From the NCBI GenBank assembly GCA_965203325.1, contig OZ241875.1, positions 224,001 to 288,000 on the forward strand: 64,000 nucleotides of DNA, read 5' to 3'. Position numbers and translations under genes: made by a program. Numbering within the stretch: the first letter of the stretch is position 1; each line of letters begins with the position of its first letter. The notes below the pieces were generated by a model. It searched no databases. It had not been told where the DNA came from and saw only the letters and a list, made by a program, of their open reading frames with translations. Shown piece by piece: positions 58,209 through 64,000 of the stretch. The DNA comes from a bacterium. GTDB lineage: Bacteria > UBA8248.

Positions 58209-58315
58209 CCTCCTATCCTGTGCTGTTCATACGATGTTGTGGGTCTTGCGGTTCATGCCGGGGGCCGACAATTCACGCCAGCGGGAATGCCCAATCTACA
58301 GAGGAGATTGGAGCA

Positions 58316-60085
58316 ATGTCTTCGCGCCGAGATCTGATCGACGTCGCCCTTGGCAATGAACCGGCCGATCTCGCCATAACGAACGGCCGTCTCGTCAATG
58401 TGCATACCCGTGAAATCTACAGCGCCGGGGTCGCTATCAAGAGCGACCGGATCGCGGCGGTCGGCGACATCGATTACGCGATCGGTGAGAACACCGAAGT
58501 CATCGACGCGGAGAACCGCTATGTGACGCCCGGCCTGGTCGACGGCCACCTCCACATGTATCACTCCTACCTGGGCGTGAACGAGTTCGTCGAGGGAATG
58601 CTGCGCCACGGCGTCACCGCCTACGCGGACGGCTTCTACGGCCAGGGGATCGTCGGCGGTCGGGAGGCGATCCGGTTTTTCAAGGATGCGCTAGAGGCCA
58701 CCCCGCTCAGGCTCATATTCCTGGTCCCCACACTCGCGCACCTGCAGAACCGTGAACTCGGCCTCGAGCCCACCCCGGGCGTCAGCGTCGAGGAGATGAA
58801 CGAGATGCTCGACTGGGAAAACTGCGTGGGCCTGGAGGAGCCGCCGTTCCTGCCGGTCTGCGAGAAGTGGGACGATTATCTGGACCTCTTCGACCGGTGC
58901 CTGGAGCAGCGCAAAACGATAACGGGGCATGCCGCCGGCGCAAGCTGGCGCCAGATGCAGGCATACGCCGCGGTCGGAACCAGCACCGACCACGAGTCCA
59001 TCGCGACCGACGAGGCGGTCGACAAGACCCGGGCCGGCTTTCGCCTGCTCATGCGGCTCGGGTCGGGCGCGATTGACGTGCCCGAACTCGTCAAGGCGTA
59101 CCTCGAGCACAAGATCGACCCGAGAGCGCTTGCCATGTGCGCCGATCTCGCATCGCCGGAGAAACTGCTGCGCGAGGGCGGGGTCGACGATAATATCCGC
59201 GTGGCCGTTCGAAACGGTGTGCCGCCCGTAATCGCGGTTCAGATGGCGACCATCAATGTCGCCGAGGCCTTCTATCTGCAGAGGGATATGGGGGCGGTTG
59301 CTCCGGGCCGCTACGCTGACATCCTGCTCGTCGACGACCTGGTCGCATTCGATATCTCCCGCGTACTCGTCGGCGGGGAGACCATCGTCCGGGACGGCGA
59401 GTTCCTGGCGGACCTGGCCCCCATCGAGTATCCGGGCGACTTCCGCGGAACTGTGAAGATCGAGCGTGAGATCACCGCCGGTTATCTCGAACCGCGGACC
59501 GACGCCGAGGGCCCGGTGACCGTTCGGGTGATCGGCGTGACGGACGGCAGCCTCGTCACCGATGACGGAAGGGCGGTCCTCGAGGTCAAAGACGGCGTGA
59601 TACAACCGGACCTCGCCAACGACGTCCTGCCGCTGACGATGGCCGATCGGTTCGGCAAGGGAGGGGGGCGCATCGGCAACGGTTTCGTGCGCGGCTTCGG
59701 CCTCAAGCGCGGCGCGATTGCGTCGACCGTCAACGCCGTCTGCGAGAATCTCGTTGCCGTCGGCGCGAACACGTCCGATATGGCGTTCGCCATGAACAAG
59801 CTCGCCGAGATCGGCGGCGGGAAGATCGTCGTTGCCGATGGCGAGATCCTCGCATTGGTGGAGTTGCCCCTTCTCGGGCTCTTGTCCGAAGAACCGACGG
59901 AGACGGTCGCGGCGAAGTTCGACAAGGCGTTCGACGCCATACGCGAACTCGGGTGCGATCTCGCGAGCCCGTTCTCGCAGCTTGAGTTCAGCTTCGCCTG
60001 CGGCGAAATCGGCGACCTGCGGCTTTCCGACGAAGGGTTGCTGCGGGTTGACCCGCCGGAGATGGTGTCGCTGGTCGTAGAATGA
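58316..60085 (+). CDS. Adenine deaminase-like amidohydrolase (divergent)
   Basis: PGLVDGHLH, GLEE, GH, TDHE, CAD, G..APG.YAD, adenine deaminase C-terminal domain. Confidence 0.88.
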   Translation: MSSRRDLIDVALGNEPADLAITNGRLVNVHTREIYSAGVAIKSDRIAAVGDIDYAIGENTEVIDAENRYVTPGLVDGHLHMYHSYLGVNEFVEGMLRHGVTAYADGFYGQGIVGGREAIRFFKDALEATPLRLIFLVPTLAHLQNRELGLEPTPGVSVEEMNEMLDWENCVGLEEPPFLPVCEKWDDYLDLFDRCLEQRKTITGHAAGASWRQMQAYAAVGTSTDHESIATDEAVDKTRAGFRLLMRLGSGAIDVPELVKAYLEHKIDPRALAMCADLASPEKLLREGGVDDNIRVAVRNGVPPVIAVQMATINVAEAFYLQRDMGAVAPGRYADILLVDDLVAFDISRVLVGGETIVRDGEFLADLAPIEYPGDFRGTVKIEREITAGYLEPRTDAEGPVTVRVIGVTDGSLVTDDGRAVLEVKDGVIQPDLANDVLPLTMADRFGKGGGRIGNGFVRGFGLKRGAIASTVNAVCENLVAVGANTSDMAFAMNKLAEIGGGKIVVADGEILALVELPLLGLLSEEPTETVAAKFDKAFDAIRELGCDLASPFSQLEFSFACGEIGDLRLSDEGLLRVDPPEMVSLVVE

Positions 60086-60113
60086 CGCAAACCAGAAACA
60101 AGAGGGAGAGATC

Positions 60114-60875
60114 ATGAGTGACGGAAAGCTGGCGGGCCGCGTCGCCATCGTGACCGGCGGATCACGGGGGCTTGGACAGGCGATTGCGTGGGAATTCGCG
60201 AATGAGGGCGCCGACGTGGCCGTGGTCGGACGAGACGAAAACGCCCTCACCGAAACGGTTGACGGCATCGAGCAGCGCGGCGGAAAGGCCGTCGCTATCG
60301 CGGCGGAACTCCGTGATGTCGCCTCGATTCCAGGGGTCTTTGACAAAGCCGAGCAAGCACTCGGTGAATCGACGATCCTCGTCAACAGTGCGGGCGTACA
60401 GGGGGATCGGCCTGCGCTCGACGTCACCGAGGAGCAGTATGACGAGGTAGCCGATACGAATATGAAAGCGCTTTTCTTCTGCTGCCAGGAGGCCGGCAAG
60501 CGGTGGATCGATCGCAAGAGCGGCGGGCGCATCATCAACCTCGGTTCTATTTTCGCCGTCGTCGGGATGCCCAATTTCTCGGTCTATTGTTCAACAAAAG
60601 GCGGCGTGCTGCTGCTTTCCAAGGCTCTCGCGATCGAGTGGGGGCCACACGGAATCAACGTCAACCTGATCGGCCCCTGCGCCACGATGACGGACATGGT
60701 AAGGCCGCTGTTCGACGACCCCGATTTCAAAGCGGCTTACATGCCGAGGGTGCCCGCCGGCGCCCTGCCTGACCCCCTGGACATCGGCAGAGCAGCCGTC
60801 TTCCTGGCCTCGGACGACGCTCGGATGATTCATGGACACCATCTACTCGTAGACTCCGGCTATACGACCAACTAA
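60114..60875 (+). CDS. SDR family oxidoreductase (gluconate 5-dehydrogenase/KduD-like)
   Basis: TGGSRGLG, NSAG, YCSTKGG, LAIEWG. Confidence 0.9.
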   Translation: MSDGKLAGRVAIVTGGSRGLGQAIAWEFANEGADVAVVGRDENALTETVDGIEQRGGKAVAIAAELRDVASIPGVFDKAEQALGESTILVNSAGVQGDRPALDVTEEQYDEVADTNMKALFFCCQEAGKRWIDRKSGGRIINLGSIFAVVGMPNFSVYCSTKGGVLLLSKALAIEWGPHGINVNLIGPCATMTDMVRPLFDDPDFKAAYMPRVPAGALPDPLDIGRAAVFLASDDARMIHGHHLLVDSGYTTN

Positions 60876-60901
60876 TCGAGGTTCGGGGGGCTGAGACCCT
60901 G

Positions 60902-61996
60902 GTGACTGACCAGAGCGAAACATCAGGCGGTCCTGTCGCAGGCGACCATTTCGGGAACGGTTCCCCACAGGAAACGGCCTGGACCGGCGGCGCTTTGGAG
61001 CGAACGCGTGGTCTGCTGCGCCTCGAGGTGCAGTTGCTGTTCGTCCTCGTCTTCCTCTACCTCGGGTTTTCGGCCATAGAACCCGACATTTTCATTTCCG
61101 TCAGGACCATCGAGAATCTCGCCAGACAGGCGGGGGTGCTGCTGGTCGCCAGCGTCGGGCAGATGCTGGTACTCGTCGTGGGTGGTTTCGACATCTCGGT
61201 CGGCGCGACTGCGGGATTCGCCTCCACGGCGCTCGCGCTGCTCGTTGACGATTTCGGGTTGTACGGGGCCGTCACGGCGGCTTTGGCGCTTGGCGCCCTT
61301 GTCGGCTCCGTCAACGGTTTCGTTATCGCGTACCTGGGGGTCAACCCCTTCGTGGCTACCCTGGCGATGCTGACGTTCCTGACTGGGTTGTCGAACGAAC
61401 TGAGCAGCGGCGCTTCGGTTCCGATCACCGACCGGGGTGTGAGCGCGTTCGGCGCGGACGAGTGGGGGCCGCTGCCGGGGACAATGGGCGTCGGGCTGGT
61501 TGTCGTATTCATTGCGTACCTGCTTCTCAACCGCGTCAGGGCGGGTCTCTATATCTATGCGATCGGGGGGGGACGTGAGACGGCGCGGCTGTCAGGAATT
61601 TCGGTCGCCCGTTACGAGGTTCTCGCCTATGCGATGTGCGGCTTTTTCGCGGCCGTCGCCGGGGTCATGCTCGCATCCAGGGTCACGCTTGGACAGGCAA
61701 GCCTCGGGGCCGGGCTGGAGCTTGAATCCATCGCCGCAGCGGTGATTGGGGGCGCCGCGATCGGCGGCGGAGTCGGCCGGCTGCTCGGCGCTGCGATGGG
61801 GGTGGGAATCCTGACGGTACTCACCAGCGGTCTCGAGATCGTCGGTGTTTCGGAGTTCGCGCGCCAGATGGTTACCGGCGTCGTGCTGGTCGTAGCGGTC
61901 GCCCTCAACCAGCAGGGACGGCTGGGTGAATGGGCGATCGTAAAGCTGGCCAAATCACTGCTTCACGGCCGCGTCGCACGGTCCCGCGGTCCTTGA
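60902..61996 (+). CDS. CUT2-type (RbsC-like) ABC permease
   Basis: GGFDISVG, PFVATL, YAIGG..E.ARLSGI, EL.SIAAAVIGG. Confidence 0.92.
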   Translation: MTDQSETSGGPVAGDHFGNGSPQETAWTGGALERTRGLLRLEVQLLFVLVFLYLGFSAIEPDIFISVRTIENLARQAGVLLVASVGQMLVLVVGGFDISVGATAGFASTALALLVDDFGLYGAVTAALALGALVGSVNGFVIAYLGVNPFVATLAMLTFLTGLSNELSSGASVPITDRGVSAFGADEWGPLPGTMGVGLVVVFIAYLLLNRVRAGLYIYAIGGGRETARLSGISVARYEVLAYAMCGFFAAVAGVMLASRVTLGQASLGAGLELESIAAAVIGGAAIGGGVGRLLGAAMGVGILTVLTSGLEIVGVSEFARQMVTGVVLVVAVALNQQGRLGEWAIVKLAKSLLHGRVARSRGP

Positions 61997-62032
61997 CGCA
62001 ACATATCGTTTTCACTGCCAAAGGAGAACACC

Positions 62033-63157
62033 ATGCGTATGAAATCTATGATTGCCATGCTGAGTCTCGTCACGTTTTCGCTTATGTTCTGGGGAGGGAG
62101 CGAGGTCAGCGCCCAGGCCATCAAAATCAGTCCCAAGGATGCGGCCTATGCGAAGTATCAGGCGCTTTCGACGGCGAAGAAGCTGCATTCGAATCTTCCC
62201 TGCACGGTTTCTCCTACCCCGGATGAAGCCGCGGCTTACCGCGCGCCGAAGGCGAAGCGCAGATACACAATCGGCTTCATGGAGCCCACGCTGGCGGGGC
62301 ACTATTACCAGGCTGGCTCGAGCGGCGCGTTCAAGGCTGCCAAAGAGGCGGGCGTGAAGCTTGAGTTCGTTTCGGCGGGCACCGGATACGCGTCGCCCGA
62401 GCAGCAGCTCAAACAGGCCGAGCGTCTCCTGCTGAAAGGCGTGGATGCGGTTGCGGTCATCCCGACCGATATCCAGGGCGGCGTCGCAATCACCAACCTT
62501 TTCCTCCGCGAGAAAATCCCGGTCGTGATCGTGGCCACCGAGTCCAGTTCGCCGGATGCGTACATGGTCATGCAGGACGACTACCAGATGGGTCGTGATT
62601 CGGCTGACCTCCTGGTGAAAGAGACCGGCCCGAATGCCGGGAAGGGCATCGTGATCGCCGGACCGGCCAACGCCACCTGGTCGGCCAAACGGGCAGCCGG
62701 TTTCGCGGATCGGGTGAAAGAAAAATACCCGGGCGTCAAGATCGCCGTCTCGGCGACGCAGAACGTCGATCCCGCCCAGGGGTTGAAATCATTCGAGAAC
62801 GCGGTTCAGGCCCATCCGGACATCAAATGGGTGTATTCGGTCTTCAACCTGCTGCTCGATCCCGACTCGCTGCCGGCGCGGTACAAGGACGTGGCTTTCG
62901 TCACGAACGGTCTGGACCCCGCCTCCATTCAGGATTTGAAAGAGGGCCAATACTCGACGATCATAGGCATCACGCCGACTCCGATGGGGTATCAGGGGGT
63001 CGGTCACGCCGTGGCGATCCTCAATGGCGATCAAAACGTGCCCGCCCTGGTGTGCATCCCGCTGACGCGCTACACCGCAAAAGACATGCCGCCCAACAAG
63101 ACTGCGGTGACGCTGGAGCTTATCCAGAAAGGGTTTGAGGTTTCGGCTCAAAAATGA
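62033..63157 (+). CDS. Sugar/nucleoside ABC substrate-binding protein (RbsB-like)
   Basis: Signal peptide, KGVDA, IPVV, DDY..G, R..GF; periplasmic binding protein type 1 pattern. Confidence 0.88.
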   Translation: MRMKSMIAMLSLVTFSLMFWGGSEVSAQAIKISPKDAAYAKYQALSTAKKLHSNLPCTVSPTPDEAAAYRAPKAKRRYTIGFMEPTLAGHYYQAGSSGAFKAAKEAGVKLEFVSAGTGYASPEQQLKQAERLLLKGVDAVAVIPTDIQGGVAITNLFLREKIPVVIVATESSSPDAYMVMQDDYQMGRDSADLLVKETGPNAGKGIVIAGPANATWSAKRAAGFADRVKEKYPGVKIAVSATQNVDPAQGLKSFENAVQAHPDIKWVYSVFNLLLDPDSLPARYKDVAFVTNGLDPASIQDLKEGQYSTIIGITPTPMGYQGVGHAVAILNGDQNVPALVCIPLTRYTAKDMPPNKTAVTLELIQKGFEVSAQK

Positions 63158-63200
63158 CCGGCAAGCAGCGCATCGCTCGCGAGCCTGGTGGTCAGAAAGG

Positions 63201-64000
63201 ATGGAATTGCTGAATTCTCCGGTCGCAGAACGCCGTGTTCCTGCCGTCAGGGTCGAGAACGTCACCAAAACGTTCCCCGGCGTAAAGGCCCTGGATCGCG
63301 TCAGCTTTGATGTCGACCACGGCGAGATACACGCGGTGGTCGGGGAGAACGGGTCGGGAAAGTCCACACTTTTGAAGCTGATGGTGGGCGCTTTCCCGAT
63401 GAACTCCGGGCTGATCCGCATTGATGGGGATGAGGTCCGGCTGCGCTCACCGCGTGAGGCCAGGAAGCGGCACGGCATCAAGATGATGCCGCAGGACGTC
63501 GAGTTGTGCGGACAGCTGATTACCGGCCGCAACATCATGCTGGGCCTCGAGGGGGCGCTGGTCGACCGGAACAGGCTGTCGCGCCGCGAGCGGGCGATGA
63601 CGACGGAAGTGCTCCGCCTGATCGGCGCTCATGTGGACCCCCAGAGTAGAGCGGAGGATTTAAGCACACCGGAGGCTCGGTTCATCCAGATCGCTCACGC
63701 GCTCCTGCCTCCGGTGAGCGTGGTCCTTTGCGACGAGCCGACGGCGGTGCTCTCCGCAGTGGATGCCGAGGCGCTTCTGGCCACCCTGACCAGGATTCGG
63801 AGCGAGGCCGGTACGGCCATCGTATACGTCAGCCACCGGATCGGTGAGGTCCTCCAGATAGCCGACCGCATCACGATCCTCCGTGACGGCCGCAGCGTCG
63901 GCACCTTTCGGCGCGACGAGATCGACCGACAACAAATGATCGAGCTGATGACCAAGTCCGCGAGCGTCGGCAAGCAAGGGGCGCCGTCTCAAGACGCCGC
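63201..64000 (+). CDS. CUT2-type ABC ATP-binding protein (RbsA-like; 3' truncated by window edge)
   Basis: TFPGVKALD, GENGSGKST, DEPT, YVSHR, ADRITILRDG. Confidence 0.92.
   Translation, partial: MELLNSPVAERRVPAVRVENVTKTFPGVKALDRVSFDVDHGEIHAVVGENGSGKSTLLKLMVGAFPMNSGLIRIDGDEVRLRSPREARKRHGIKMMPQDVELCGQLITGRNIMLGLEGALVDRNRLSRRERAMTTEVLRLIGAHVDPQSRAEDLSTPEARFIQIAHALLPPVSVVLCDEPTAVLSAVDAEALLATLTRIRSEAGTAIVYVSHRIGEVLQIADRITILRDGRSVGTFRRDEIDRQQMIELMTKSASVGKQGAPSQDA

Noticed and set aside
58195..58300. Purine riboswitch before the deaminase-like gene
   Set aside because: TATAAT is present, but the downstream ATATGG and TTTCTACC cores are absent; it is better explained as a -10 box.

Overview
GC-rich bacterial DNA from a diderm organism (it has an outer-membrane porin, TRAP and ABC transporters). 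The window is densely coding and mostly metabolic. It holds catabolic clusters (SDRs, VOC proteins, an LLM monooxygenase, a molybdenum hydroxylase with no 2Fe-2S subunit nearby, a TAXI/TRAP transporter), an FdrA-amidase-UbiX-flavoprotein run, a MoxR/DUF58/VWA/DUF4175/DUF4159 operon, a two-subunit NAD-linked formate dehydrogenase, three tandem EamA exporters, and a divergent adenine-deaminase-like enzyme with a sugar/nucleoside-type ABC transporter (cut off at the window end). The ORF track misses or breaks several things. Two probable selenoproteins have an in-frame TGA at the catalytic Cys position plus a SECIS-like hairpin: a two-domain rhodanese (12264-13100) and an AhpD/CMD protein with CxxU (56473-57063). 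Two small ORFs sit inside the FdrA operon. A secreted Zn-peptidase/TbpB-barrel-like gene is split by an A9 tract. Intergenic regions carry many GTAG-type REP palindromes and composite elements with terminal inverted repeats; in one family the central spacer is inverted between two copies while the flanks keep their orientation. No rRNA, complete tRNA, CRISPR array or transposase was found. All calls come from reading motifs by eye; no database search was run.
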